Translations under genes and position numbers: made by a program | Part shown: positions 1 through 12,555 of the stretch, one piece after another | How positions within the stretch are numbered: the stretch's first letter is position 1 | How the letters are laid out: the number at the start of each line of letters is the position of its first letter | The notes under the pieces: generated by a model | Seen by the model: only the letters and a program-made list of their open reading frames with translations | Databases searched by the model: none | Told to the model about the DNA's origin: nothing | Assembly (NCBI RefSeq): GCF_018977255.1 | Contig: NW_024704742.1 | Coordinates: 38,814,001-38,878,000, forward strand | DNA length: 64,000 nt | Direction of reading: 5' to 3' | Source: Callorhinchus milii | Taxonomy: Eukaryota

Positions 1-1499
1 GCCACCTGCGGATTTTGTATGGCCAAAGCAGCCCCGTGGTGCGGAGGGAAGGAATGTGTGTGCTGGTGTGGAGCACAGTGCAGCACGTGTCGCTCCTTAT
101 AGTTTAAATGCATGCAGTTCATACTGCTGCGGAGGGAGCGGCTGGACGACAGCTCCCAGGGGGTGCCGTGAGAGAAGAGGGGCAGCCAGTCGGATATGTG
201 GATGCTCTCCTTCCCTCTCCATCTCTCCCCATGTGCCGGCTGGCTCGAGAAGGGTAGAACTAACGCAGATTACGAAAAGTCCCATTAAGTGTTGGTGGCA
301 GCACACTGAGGCCATGAAAAAGAATTATTTCAGAACCACTGGCCGAGACCTTTCTGATCCACAGGCAAATATACTACCATCTGAGTCAAACTGACAACTC
401 CAGCAAAATGATTCTCTTTTACTATCCTCTCATACATAGTCAAGTAGCTTTTTGGTCCCAAAGGCCTGATTTATCACTAAATGGATTTGTTTCTGGGTAG
501 TATTTGATTTGAGCTTGTAATGGCATTGAGGAAGTGAGTATTTAAATGACTGCACTGGTAGCAAAAAAGTCGAAGCCAGTCTCATGAAATAAAATCTTCT
601 GCTAGTATGTTACTACCGTTCTGATTTATAGAGATGCTACTGTTATTATCCATAATATTGGAGCTATCCAGGAAGATTGCCAAGATGTTTGAGTTCAGAC
701 ATATTTCAGTTGTTAATTGAGTCTGTGATATGAAGTACTTTGAGTCCGACAGTATCAGATGTACTTGCTGTGAGGTACAGAGTCAGCTGGCAGCTTCGGA
801 TATGGTTGCTGTGTTTTGGCCAATTCCGAAATACTGTTGGGCATTTGGAAATGGTTGGCATGTTACCAAAGGATGTGGAATGCCACCAGCAACCTGTAAA
901 CAGTACATACTGCCCAATCTCTACAGTCTTCAGTCAGCTGTCAGATACAGCCTGTTTTCTGGAGTAATTTAAAAAGGTTTATCTGTACCTGAGGGAATGC
1001 ATAGAAACAATTATATAATGTAAGGTTGTTTCATGCAGAAATAGTTAATTATATTTTTAATTATATTTTTGTCACTTTCTGTGCATATTTTGTTCATTCA
1101 TGCACTAAATTGTACACCTGTATCAATCAGGGTTGGCAATGACATTGCTGTACTTTTCATTATGCCACTTTTTCTCCTGATTGACGCATTTGCATCTCTC
1201 TCTATCTATACCAATATTCTTGTTCATTTTGATACAATTTTATTTTGTAAACCAATTCAGATGTTTATTTTACATGATGGATGCAACATAAATGAAGTTA
1301 TTATTATTTGGTGAAGATTTTGTTCTTAGTTTTGATGCTTTTGAACAGCTTGCTGACACTGACTGCTAACTAGCAAAGTGGAGGTTGCAGTTATCAGTGA
1401 AACAGTAGCCTTTGGTGAGGCTCAGCCTTCAAGAGAGGAGGTAGGGGCAAGAGAGGAATATCTGAGGGAAAGGCAGGAAGAAAAATTACTTTATTTTTA

Positions 1500-1922
1500 T
1501 AATTAGATTTTCCATTTTTTTCCCCAATGTCCTCCCCATCGACAGGTACCTCTCTACCTTGTCTTGTTGGGGTTCAGTTCCTCAGGTGCTGCTGGCCCTG
1601 CAGCACCATTCCCAAATGACCATGGTTCACATATGAGTCTTAGCAGTGAGTGTCAGCAGACCACTTGTCTCTAGATGGCATTACAGCCAATCTTGACCTC
1701 TCCCCACTCGGCTACCACAAACACACACACAGGAACAGAAGTAGTAGAGGATGTTGACGAGGGACCAGAAACAGGAACCATGGCTGGTTTTCCCTTCCCT
1801 AACTCTTGGAAGGAAGGGGCCAATTTAGCCTCTCCATGAAGCCCCAGCATATGGCAGGCATGAACCAGCAAGTTCCTGGTCTATCAGCTGCAGCTCGATC
1901 TAGTACACCATTGAGGCTGCCC
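1500..1922 (-). mobile_element. AmnSINE2/UCON3-like ancient SINE relic, near full length
   Basis: + strand blocks 'atgaccatggttcacatatgagtcttagcagtgagtgtcagcag', 'caggaaccatggctggttttcccttccctaac', 'ggccaatttagc' match the reverse complement of the recalled AmnSINE2 consensus in the right order; homologous to 36400-36691. Confidence 0.6.
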
Positions 1923-2879
1923 TGAAAAAAAACGTATTGCCGTCAGAGAGATGTTGATCCCATTACTCAAGATGAGTGTCAAACCCAGGTCCCTTAAGGT
2001 CAAATTATTCTTTTATTTGTTTTATTCTAGTCCACTGTATCACTGGATCTTTCCCTCTCTCCCTATTTTCTCCCGTCAGATCTTTAATCTGACACAGCTG
2101 TTTGGAAGTTCAGGTTGAAATGCATTGCTGGTGAAGGATAGGGAGAGCGCCACTCTATACCTGGCTCATCCATACTTGGCTTTGGTACAAACACATGGAG
2201 AAATGTTTCATTTCCCGGCATTAAAATCCTGCACCTCTTGAAGATGACAGAAAACAAAAGGTTCTCAGAGCCTCTGCAACATTGGCTGTGCAGTGTTGCT
2301 TAATAATTCATATTGCCTGTCTTTGTGCTGTGTTTTTGTATGGGGATTGCTCCTTTCCTTGCACCTGGAAAAGCAGTAGCAGTGATTGCTACCAGATTTT
2401 GGAGTCAATGGGATGGAGAGAGAGTTATTACATATTTAAAAGATGAGTCAAATCTAAAATACACAATTGCCAAGAGAGCTCCCTGCTGTTTGAGAGTGGA
2501 GCCTCTCTGCTCTCCCACATACTAACAACTGCTCACTGATCCCTTGCGCTGCACTGCACATCAAGCATTGTCTGTCAGAAGCAGGTAACCAGCAAACAAA
2601 TCATAAAAGCAGAACAGAACTACGGATGTTGCACGATTTCTGGTATTTTATGAAGCGGCTAACATACATTTCATCATGGTTTAGAAATGGGAATGCAGTC
2701 CATGAAGATCACTCGTTGCAGTATTTATGCAGACAGCAGCCACCCTCATTGATTGCACAAAGTCACAAAGCAGCACAGCAATTAAACTATAACCTGGGTC
2801 CAAGTAGTCCTTACAATTACAATAGCTGCTCTCTGTGGTCTGATCCAGCTGATAGTTTGGTCAGTGCAAATGGATGTAA

Positions 2880-2990
2880 GATGTCTCTAGGAATTTAGTT
2901 CTTTGCATAGAAGCTTGTCAACAATAGGAACCAGGAAGGGTGGTTGAGGCCTGACTACCGGACTAATTTGAGGAACAGCTTGATTCTGTA
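2880..2990 (+). mobile_element. Degenerate CR1 LINE ORF2 3' fragment
   Basis: 'ttctttgcatagaagcttgtcaacaataggaaccaggaagggtggttgaggc...tttgaggaacagcttgat' resembles the CR1 FFTQRVV..WN.LP..VVEA..FK..LD region. Confidence 0.5.
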
Positions 2991-3004
2991 ATTGGTAATG
3001 GTAA

Positions 3005-3400
3005 TGATAATTATTCTTGCATTTGATGAAGCTCCTATAACATCAAAATGTCTCAAAGAGCTTCACAATTTTTTGTAAGGTGTATTTTTAGGTGAACGCA
3101 GCAGGTAATGTGTGCACTGCAAAGTCCAACAAATGGCTATGGAGTGAATGACCAATTTAATCTGAAAGATTGTTGGCCAGGAAACGGGGAGAAACTCTCT
3201 TCTCTTTTTGAATAGTGTTATAGAATCTTCAGCTTGCACCTGAGCACAGAGGCAGACACGCTGTTTAACTTCTCATCTGAAGGACAGCACCTCCAACAGT
3301 ACAGTGCTTCTCAAGGATGAGAGCAAATGGGACGATGGGCCCTCTTGATACAAACCTCTGTGGTGTATGAGACCCTGAGTCACATAGATTACTAATTCTG
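3005..3400 (-). mobile_element. DeuSINE (SacSINE1/AmnSINE1-like)
   Basis: Reverse-strand Deu core 'tttaacttctcatctgaaggacagcacctccaacagtacagtgc' and 'ctcttctctttttgaatagtg', plus tail 'ttcttgcatttgat'. Confidence 0.75.
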
Positions 3401-4099
3401 AACAAGTTCTCACCAGCATAAAAAATAAAAACACAGTGAAAGGAATAGAGTTTCTCAACAAAAATAAAGCATGAGCTTGTGGACTGGCTAAATGTCTCGT
3501 CTGGAACTACTTTCCACATTTCTGAATCAATCCTGTACTTGGGTGAGATGGCTCACACATTTGTTACTCTTAAGCACTCACATCTTTGCACAACATGTAC
3601 TACCTTCCAAAACATAATAAAAACAAACAATAACTAGAATCAAATGGTATAAAAAGAACAAATAATTGAAGGAAAAATTATCTGCCTATGAAATATACTC
3701 AAAATATCTGCACTTTTATAATGCATTGAGGACTTTATTTTGGACCATTTGTGCGGCATGTTAGTCATTATATAAGATTATAATGTAAGTTGAAAAGCAT
3801 TCCTTAACATTCAAAATGAGCTGGTAAATACTGAATGTGTAGATGTGGCCTTGGTGCCTGTAGTTTCGTTTTGTTAAAATTCTGGCTTATTTGCTGTGTG
3901 CGGGCACTGTATAAATACAAGTTATTTTTATTGTTAGTGTTGGTGTTTGATGCTGGTCTTTTTGATTTTAGATCATGTTTTCACAGTTGCAAATGTTGTT
4001 TCTAAATAGCAAGGAGTGAGTGCCGTGATTGCTTATGATCTAAGATGTCTATCAGTACAGACAAGAGAGTGATTTCATTCCAAAGTCCCTCTGCCTCGC

Positions 4100-4300
4100 C
4101 CCCTCTTTTGCTTCCTTCAAGACCTGCCTCAAGATCCTCCTATTTGACCGTGCCTTTGGTCACCCTCCTACCGCTACCCTCCCTGCCCTCCACCCCTCCT
4201 GATCCCAACCACCAGCTCGGGTGCGGATCCTGACTGTCCAGCACTTTGGGAAGTCTTCCTGACATGAAAGGCGCTATACAAATGTAATTTGTTGTTGTTG
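4100..4300 (+). mobile_element. L2 LINE 3' tail fragment
   Basis: 'ccttcaagacctgcctcaagatcctcctatttgaccgtgcctttggtca...ccagcactttgggaagtcttcctgacatgaaaggcgctatacaaatgtaatttgttgttgttg'; same 3' end as the RT-bearing L2 copies. Confidence 0.85.
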
Positions 4301-4451
4301 ATTGTCTAAGGTGAGAGTGGTACGATTGTGCTTTCTCTTTTTGGTCAGCCATGAGGCAAATGTAGAAATGGCCATGTTGCAAGTAAGGGAAGAAAAAATG
4401 GATGACTTTCGGGTTGTTAGTTCACTGGTTGTTAGTTAGTTCGGGTTGTTA

Positions 4452-5470
4452 GTTCATTCTATCCTCATCCACCGCCTCTCCTCTCACCTCAACCTCCACG
4501 GCGCTGTCCTTGATTGGTGCAGATCGTACCTCTCACACTGCCTGCACTTCATCTCAAATGGCGTCTTCTCTAGCCCCCGGACCATCTCGTGCAGCGTTCC
4601 TCAGGGCTCTGTCCTTGGTCCCCTCCTTTTCAACATCTATATACTCCCTCTTGGTGACATAATCCGCAGACATGGGGTCAACTTCCACATGTATGTGGGT
4701 GACACCCAACTCTATCTCTCTGCCTCCACCCTTGACTCCAGGACCACTGCTGTCCTGACGGAATGTCTGTCAGACATCAAGTCCTGGATGAGAGCGAACT
4801 TTCTACAGTTGAACGTCAACAAGACCGAGGCTCTCCTGATTGGCTCCGTCAGTGCCCCACACCTCAGGCACTGACAGCATCACCATCCATGGTTGCACAC
4901 TCCACTTTACTAAGCCAGTCCGAAACTTTGGGGTCTTGTTTGACCCTCAACCATCCTTTCAACTTCACATCTGTGTCATTCAGAAGTCTGCAGCCTGTGT
5001 CCTCTCCCGCACTAGGCTCCACGACCTATCACCCCCATCCTCGCCCGACTCCACTGGCTTCCCATCACACAGAGGATACAGGTCAAGATCCTGATCCTCA
5101 CTTTCAAAGCCCTCCACGGTCTTGCTCCCCCCCACCTCTCTGACCTCCTAACCCCCTACCACCCTGTTCGCTCCCTCTGCTCAGCGGGCTCCGGCCTGCT
5201 TCACGTTCCCCGCCTCGCTCACCCCACTATTGGCAGGTGGGCCTTCCCCCACTCTGCACCCATCCATTAGAACTCCATCCTGGAGTCCCTCCATCTCACC
5301 CCCACCCTCGCTACCTTCAAGACCCACCTCCTCTTCGACCGTCCTTTCGATCTCGCTGCTTCCCCCCCTGCCCTCCCCCACCCCGACCCTCAGCTCGGGT
5401 CCGTAATTCTGTCGGTCCAGCACCTTGGGACGTGTAAAGCGCTATAGAAATGTAATTTTGTTGCTGCTGC
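4452..5470 (+). mobile_element. L2-clade LINE, 5'-truncated, disabled ORF2 reverse transcriptase with internal deletion
   Basis: ORF 4446-4874 gives VPQGSVLGPLLFNIY, FHMYVGDTQLY (decayed YADD) and WMRANFLQLNVNKTE. Frameshift near 4850, jump near 4975 to IQKSAACVLSRTR; ends 'gcgctatagaaatgtaattttgttgctg'. Confidence 0.93.
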
Positions 5471-5979
5471 TGACATTACTTCCTGGATGCTGCGTATGTG
5501 CAGGAAACACCGATGGTTCACCTACTTCAATTGACATTAGCGTGACTTCCTGAGCATAGTGCACAAGTGCAGCAAGTGATCTCAGTGGATGCCTGACGAC
5601 CCAGAACCTGGCCATTTTTAGCAGTGGAAACTGACTAATTATCATTGGAAGATAGGTTTACTGGGCTTCCAGTGAGCGTGGGTCCACAAGAGATCTGTGT
5701 GATAACCGAGGCAGTGTTCCATCAAAGGGTGCTATAGTGGGGTTTTCCTATATTGAGTATAGGAAAATATTTCCTGAGAGCAGTCTATTTTAACCAAAGT
5801 TATATGGATCACAAACCCTTACACGGTACCACATATATATTACACTATTTATATATTACACTATCCATACAATTGATGTTTCAATTGAAACAAGCTAAAC
5901 TTTGTTTCTTTGATAAAATGAATTCCTGTTGTGTTTCCAAAGGACTGTCTGGGTAATGGTGGTCATCAAGTTGAAGAAC

Positions 5980-6230
5980 TGCAGTGCTGGAAACTGAAAC
6001 TTTTTCCACTTAGCACTCAATGACAGCCTTAAGCACTCTCAGGTCAGGTATGACACAGGTCAGACACAACGCATGATGCCACATAAATTTCTCCTGATAG
6101 CATATACAAACCACCACCTATGAAATTCTTTCCTCTGTACACCAGCCTGACACTCCAGTTTCCCACACGTTCCTTCTTTATGACCTCTCTGCGTGAGATT
6201 ATTGAAGCAGTGCCATTAGTGTTAAATTAA
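5980..6230 (-). mobile_element. LF-SINE-like ancient SINE relic
   Basis: Reverse complement reads 'aatttaacactaatggcactg...aatctcacgcagagaggtc', resembling recalled LF-SINE 'AATTGGCACTAATTGGCAC...GTCTCAGCAGAGAGGCC'; a weaker related piece lies at about 2130-2250. Confidence 0.4.
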
Positions 6231-6574
6231 GGGCAGTTGGGTGATATGTCCAGCGAACAACTGGTTTAAGGCTGCCTGAACTCCTTTCACCTTGGACCCT
6301 AAATCATGATCAGGTCCAGCCTGCAATAAACTCTGCAGCCCAGGTTGCAGAGGTGGAAGAATAGGATTCCAAATCATTACGCTACTCAGACAATGTGGAC
6401 TGGGACTGTTATTTATTTCCGCAAAAATACTTAAGGATTTATAGGACGGGAATTTGAATCCATTTGAATGTCCTGGTCAAAGCATAAATTACTACTGAAG
6501 TCAGGAATGTCATACATTTTGACTTTGCTTTTTTCTTCCCTTAATGACTGATGTTCTTTAATTAGTTAGAAGTA

Positions 6575-7120
6575 CATTGGTGTAGTACTGGAGGAGTGCT
6601 GCAATGTCAGAGCTGTTGTCTCTTGGATGGGACGTTAAATCAATTCCAGCCTGTCTATTCCAGCTAAATATTGTAGCTCGGGTAACTCAGTGGTTAGAGC
6701 ACTCGCCTCGCAAGCGAAATACCTGGGTTTGATTCCCGGCAGGGCGAAACCTTGGGTAAGTTTCCTTACTCCACATGCCTGATAATAATCCCTCAAGAAA
6801 AAAAACCCAATAATAATTTGGTCACTCAATCCATGACTGTTTGTGGGACACTGCTGTGCTGCCACATTTCACCCACAAAATTTACAGTCAATTCACTTTA
6901 CAGTATATTCTGTGAAGCACTTTGAGATGTCTAGAAGACGTGGAAATTGCTACATCAAATGCAAGGATTATTATATTATTTTATTACATTAAAGATCCTA
7001 TGACACTATTCAAAAAAGGAAGGGAGTTTCTCCCAGCATTGTGGCCAACAATGCTCCAAATTAAGTGGTTATAAATTGGTTATTAATAGGTTGACTGTCA
7101 TTTATGAGACTTGACTACAG
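6575..7120 (+). mobile_element. DeuSINE interrupted by a younger tRNA-SINE
   Basis: 'gtactggaggagtgctgcaatgtcagagctgttgtctcttggatgggacgttaaa' before the insert, resuming 'attaaagatcctatgacactattcaaaaaaggaagggagtttctccc' after 6985. Confidence 0.75.
6671..6985 (+). mobile_element. tRNA-Ala-headed SINE, short subfamily
   Basis: 'ctcagtggttagagcactcgcctcgcaagcga...ggtttgattcccggcagggcgaaaccttggg', Deu 3' segment, tail 'aaatgcaaggattattat'. Confidence 0.88.
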
Positions 7121-7557
7121 AATGGATCCTCTTTTTATCAGTAAGTGAACAAACAACAAGTGGTCAGAAAGATGATAAGTCCTAGACTACCACAGAAACA
7201 AATTCCCAGACAGACACTCCTCTCCTGTCTCCACAAACAGCAGGGAAATGGAATGGTTACATTGCAGCAATGGAGACATTTGGCAGATACCTCTAGACAA
7301 TCATGCCATAGGTAGCTAGTTTGTTTCTCCCTAGATTAAATGGGAAGTAGATATGTAACCCGACCACAGGAAAGGACCCAAAAGATGTATCATCACCAGG
7401 CCTCAGCGGAAATCAGATGTCTGGTACAGATACTTACATATAACATGTGAGTCATCAGCAAAGTCAAGGGAAATATGATTGGGCAATCAATCGTTCCACT
7501 GGCTCTAAGAGTGTTTCCAATACAGCACAGTGTGTGGATAGAAGACAATTATTCACT

Positions 7558-7710
7558 GTCTCATCACAAGGATGGCACCTCCATCAATGCAGCACTTCTC
7601 TAGTACTACACTAGTGTCAGCCTGAATTTTGAACTTGTGATTTGATTTGGAATATGAACCTACAACCTTCTGACCCAGAGGTGAGACCAACTGAGCCAAG
7701 CTGACACAGA
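7558..7710 (-). mobile_element. DeuSINE 5' half
   Basis: 'tctcatcacaaggatggcacctcc...tgcagcact...gaacctacaaccttctgacccagaggtgag...aactgagccaagctgacac'. Confidence 0.75.
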
Positions 7711-9667
7711 CCAACTGAGCCATTTGACGTAGATCAGAACAGGTTGATTTGCATCCAGAATTTAAGTGGGTGGAAACCCTACATGTACTACTTACCGCTC
7801 AGCGGGTACTTCTCTCATTTGCTGATTGTTTTGATGTGGTGATGTGGCTATGTCATGATGTGTCCATCACTGGATTGTGCTAAAATGGTTCAGTCACAGC
7901 AACCTTATCTGCTAATTGACACCCCATAGAGAAATCGCCAGGATGTATGAAGCTTCCATCTTTTTTGCAGTGTTGATGTGAATGTCCTGTTCTCCAGAGG
8001 AATTCACTGCGATGTAATTACATACAGGGAGACTACAGCGAGGGGACTGAGGCTGATGTTATGGCTGATAGTCTACAGTGATAACCTCTGTGGCCAGAAA
8101 AAAAGCTTTAAAAACACTCGGGACTGACCTTCTCTCTCAGCAGCTACTTGACACGTTCTCCTTTCATTTTTGCATAGCAGCAGCTGCCATGAACTGAACA
8201 CAAGGGTTGTTACTAACGGCTTTGTTAATCTGGCCAGTGTGCAAGATGTCTATGGAATTTACGCCAAGGAAATTCTACCTTAGAGTGCCTTTATACCCTG
8301 GTTCTGCTCTGCGCAGACTGCATTTGAAAATAATCAAAGAGGACAGATGTCCCTTTAAATACCCTTAAGCATCCTTTGCTCAATCTTGCATGGTTTTAGG
8401 GCTTACATTTGCTATTTCACAGTGATTTATACAAACTTCAGCAACAAAATGACAGCTGTGAAATGTCGGTATTTCTAAGCGTTTCTTAAAGGCAGATTTG
8501 TTGGATATATTTCAGTTGCAGGGGCAAGCATCTTTTGGAAGATATGCAGTCAAACGTAAAACTGTGGCTACTTTGCTTCTCCCTCCCCCAAATAAATTTG
8601 ACAAATTGGTACAACTAAACAAGACATTTTCTGGAGCCTGCAATGATTCGGTGAATCTTGTTACAGTACTTGGTTCACACACGTGCAGTAGTGCTTCAAG
8701 ATCAATGGGATTTACTAGTGGTAACTAGGGGAGAGTGGATATTCAGAGCTGGTTAGAGGCTACTTTACCTTGTCTAAGCGTCAAAATGTACCTCGTCGAC
8801 CCAGCTTTGTGTCACCTTTCCCCTCCCAACCTTGCATTGCTCCCATCCACACTTTTGGTGCCCATCCAGCACTGTGAAGTGCTTTGTGTCATCCTCCTGA
8901 CGTGAAGGACTCTATTTAAATGTAAATTGTAATTGTACTCTGCCAGAGTGTTATTAATATAACGGACATATCAGTATACCTTTGAGAACATTGCATCCAC
9001 CACAGGTTGCATCAAACTTGGCTACTGTAAAATTATTTTGACTTGTACGTTGCAGCAAGTCCACCCAAGGGATCGGGCTTGCACAGTGGGAGATGTGGGT
9101 GTTTTAAATGGCTTCACTGAGCTGTTACCATATGCGTGGCATCAACATTTATATTAAGCCAGCTCGACCTTGGAAAATAATTTCATTATCTGAAAGGCTC
9201 CTCACCTGTTAATGACGCATAACTACTGCTGACCTTTGTCATCTGGTCTCGTCATCAGTTGTTGGCCACAGAAAAGGAAGGGATGGTCTTGATTTTATTT
9301 GTAAGTTACTTGGCTAGTGGTGGCACTGACATACTGAACAACATTTTGGAGAATGCTCAGTGGTGGAGAGAATGCCAGGAAAACACACTCTGTATGTATT
9401 TGCATCATTAAAAGCACCACAAGATGCTTGATTGCAGGCCTTCATTATTCAGTGAAGGACCATTAAAATGTTTTAAAAATCCCTTTTTTTGCAAAAAATA
9501 TAAAAAGGCTGGCTGCTTCAAATATTATATATATGTATATATGGAATTTAAAATCAAATTCTACTTCCCGTTGTTTACTTGTTAAAAAGTACTTTAATGA
9601 AGTGTTGAGGCACAGAGCAGTTATTGGTATGGTTTTCAATGGTGTGCTCGGAGTGCATACAATAAAA

Positions 9668-9855
9668 TAATAATCATAATAATCCTTGCATTTGATATAG
9701 CACATTATCACCTCTTCAAGATGTCTCAAAGCGCTTCATAGAGCATACTGTAAAGTGAATTGACTGTATATTTTGTGGGTGAGACGTGGCAGCCAATTGC
9801 TCACAGCAATGTCACACAAACAGTCATGGATTGAGTGACCAAATTATTATTATTT
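9668..9855 (-). mobile_element. 3' half of tRNA/Deu SINE, abutted by a + strand L2-type tail (9857-9900)
   Basis: 'aatccttgcatttgatatag...ctgtaaagtgaattgactgtatattttgtggg...ggcagccaattgc'. Confidence 0.8.
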
Positions 9856-10049
9856 ACCCTGCACGAAGGGCGCAATGTAAATGCAAGTTGTTATTGTTGT
9901 AAGCTACAGGACTTCACAAAATGTACAAACATGCAGAAACAATGCAAAAAAAAGGTCCTAGAGCAAAACTCTGTACTGTCCTTTTCAGAAGTTTCTGTCT
10001 AAAAGAGGATGCTCCAGTGGGGAGTGTACAGTGGCACACAAACTGTACC

Positions 10050-10416
10050 ACACATAATAGGTCAACAACCTCAATTTGTGCTGTAAACCTCTTGCGATTT
10101 TATTCTATAATCCTATAGGTTCCCAGGTGAAACAGACAAAATATCTTCCCAAATGGCATATACCGAGGTTGAATTTACGATATTTACAATTTCAGGATTC
10201 ACAATTAGCCATTCTGTGAATATCACAAGTTAAACAGTTTGGGATATTCACCAACTGGAAATTGCAATAATTCATGGAATCCAGTTTTCGATTATCACAA
10301 GTTTGATTTCAGTGTGTGCCATTTGGGGAAATAGTTTGTTTCACACGGGCACTTTTAGAATAGAAGCATAGAAAGTTTACAGCATACAAGGAGACCATTT
10401 GACCTGTTATATGTGA
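10050..10416. repeat. Long imperfect palindrome (foldback/MITE-like)
   Basis: Left 'cccaggtgaaacagac..tatcttcccaaatggcatatac' vs reverse complement of right 'cccgtgtgaaacaaactatttccccaaatggcacacac'; outer arms also pair. Confidence 0.75.
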
Positions 10417-11503
10417 TGCAACTGTCTCTCACACTAGACATACCCACTTTAAATCCATTCCCTTGCTTATGAACTTTAAAAAATAAAAGTGACATTTTCT
10501 AAATGCGAACTCTTGATTAACATGAGGACAGTTCATTCCCAAAGTTTGAAAGACAATTTATAATTCCAAGAGTATCTCTGCGTTGCTAGTTTGAGACTCA
10601 ATGCCTTTGCATTCTAAGTGGAATGAAGTGAAAGAAAGAGCGTATGGTTCCAGATCAAGAGTCTGCAGGCACTTGCAATACACGGCAATATCTCTTGTGC
10701 TTGATGGCTCTGACTCATGCATTAGCTATGTCATCTATCTTACTTTATGCTTATGACTACAAATTGAGATTCACAAATCTCTTATATAGTGCAGTCTTTC
10801 ATTGTAATGACGTAGGCGTTCAGGAGTCTCCTGAATATGCTCTGTGTTGTGAACATTCCCACTTGTTAATGCGGATGCTGCATATCTGTGAAAGGCACAC
10901 ATTTTGCTCTGTCACTTATCACCTTTTTAATAAGGCATCTGACTTGCAACAGGATGTTTATCATTCGGTGATACTGAATCCTCAAAGAAACAACACAGCT
11001 TTAGAAGACAAACATTATTTATTTCTTATTTTTAACTGTCATCTGCTTCCGCCCGCAAACAATCCTAATCACTGTGGCAGTCTTTGTGCGACTTTTAAAA
11101 TGTAAATTTCTTTCAGTTTTCGGTATCCTAACAGACTAACCTAATGCTGCACCAGAAGTTATTAAGCTACTGTTTCAAAATTTCTCCACAAGAGGCACTT
11201 ATGGGACGAAACTTAAGAATATCAGCGTCCTGGTGGAAATGCAAGCTGTAATGTGGAGTCTTTGACTAAACAGCCCCTTTGTCTTTGTTCAGAGCCTGTT
11301 TGACACAAGTAAAATATTCTGTGGTTTTTGGATAAACTGTAGAAATTCTGTTGTAGTTTTACTATAATAATATTCAAAGTTAAACCTTTGGGGGCCATGG
11401 TTTGTGCTCCTTTGAGAGATAGCAGTGCTTATGACAACAGGTATATCATTTTCTGTCCTTTATACAACCAGGCCCACCATTAGACAGCCCAGGTAATGCA
11501 GAT

Positions 11504-11675
11504 TGGAGTCCTGTAGCATATTGGTTAGAGTTCATGCCTCACAAGCAAGAGGACCTGCGTTCAATTCCCGTGCAGGGCGAAAACTTAGGCAAACTTCCTA
11601 ATTCCACGTGCTTCCGTTTACTCTGCCAGTGGATCCCGGGTGTTAGTTGATTGGTGGATCGCTTTATTGGGCAAT
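11504..11675 (+). mobile_element. tRNA-Ala-headed SINE, long subfamily, 3'-truncated
   Basis: 'tggagtcctgtagcatattggttagag...gttcaattcccgtgcagggcgaaaacttaggcaaac...cttccgtttactctgccagt...gttagttgattgg'. Confidence 0.8.
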
Positions 11676-11682
11676 TGTTGGT

Positions 11683-12555
11683 CAACAACAACAACAACTT
11701 GGATTTATATAGTCTCAGAGCGCTTCACAGTAACGGATCCCGGGGCCGAGCCAGGGGGAGGGGAAGAAGGTGACCAAAAGCGTGGACGAAAAGAAAGGTC
11801 TTCAGACAAGACCTGAAAATAGGAAGAGAGTGGGTGAGGCGAAGGGAGTGAGAAAGGGAGTTTCAGAGCCTCGGGGCGCAGTGACTGAAGGCACGGTCGC
11901 CGATGGTGGAGCGGAGGATTTGGGGGACAAGGAGGAGACCAGACCCGGTGGAGCGAAGACAACGGGCACTGTTGTGAGGAGAGAGGAGGTCAGACAGGTA
12001 GGGGGCTGCAGAGGAGTGGAGGGATTTGAAGACGAGAGTGAGGATCTTGAAGTCGATCCTCTCTGGCACAGGCAGCCAGTGCAGTCTGGCAAGGACTGGG
12101 GTGATCGGGGAGCGGAGTTTGGTGCGGTAAGAATGCGGGCGGCAGAATTCTAGATGACCTGGATTTTATGAATGGTAGTGGAGGGGAGACCGGCGAGGAG
12201 GGCATTTGAATAGTCCAGCCAAGAGGTGACAAAGGGCATGGACCAGGGTTTCAGTGGCTTTTTGGGGTGAGGTATTGGTGGAGACTGGCGATGCGTCGGA
12301 GGTGGAAGAAAGTGGTGCTGGTGAGGGACCAGATGTGGGGGAGGAAAGGATAATTGGGGGTCGAACCTGATGCCTAGGTTGCATACGGGTTCGTAGAGTT
12401 TTAGGGTGAGGTCGGGTAGGTGGAGGAGGTGAGAACCATGTGATTTTAGACGTTGATGAGAGCCAAAGAGTATGGCCTCCGTCTTGTCAACATTTAGCTG
12501 AAGGAAATTCGCGCTCATCCAGCTCCTGATGTCTGACAGGCAGGTCAAGATACCG
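11683..12555 (-). mobile_element. L2 LINE 3' fragment, disabled ORF2
   Basis: Minus ORFs give CLSDIRSWMSANFLQLNVDKTEAILFG, FVTSWLDYSNALLAGLP and ERIDFKILTLVFKSLHSSAAPYLSDLL; (CAA)n tail at 11683. Confidence 0.93.

Noticed and set aside
1..260. GC-rich window start as a promoter or CTCF site
   Set aside because: Cut by the window edge, only modest CpG content and partial motif matches.
4446..4874. Reverse-transcriptase ORF as a functional gene, retron or DGR-like system
   Set aside because: Ordinary L2 ORF2 fragment: catalytic YADD decayed to YVGD, frameshifted, truncated and internally deleted.
7796..7880. Minus-strand exon candidate (ttttag...GCG|gtaagt)
   Set aside because: Stops in all three frames and a weak acceptor; a non-coding exon cannot be supported from sequence alone.
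10644..11105. 153-aa ORF, the longest in the track
   Set aside because: No recognisable domain, composition typical of random AT-rich DNA, no convincing splice context.
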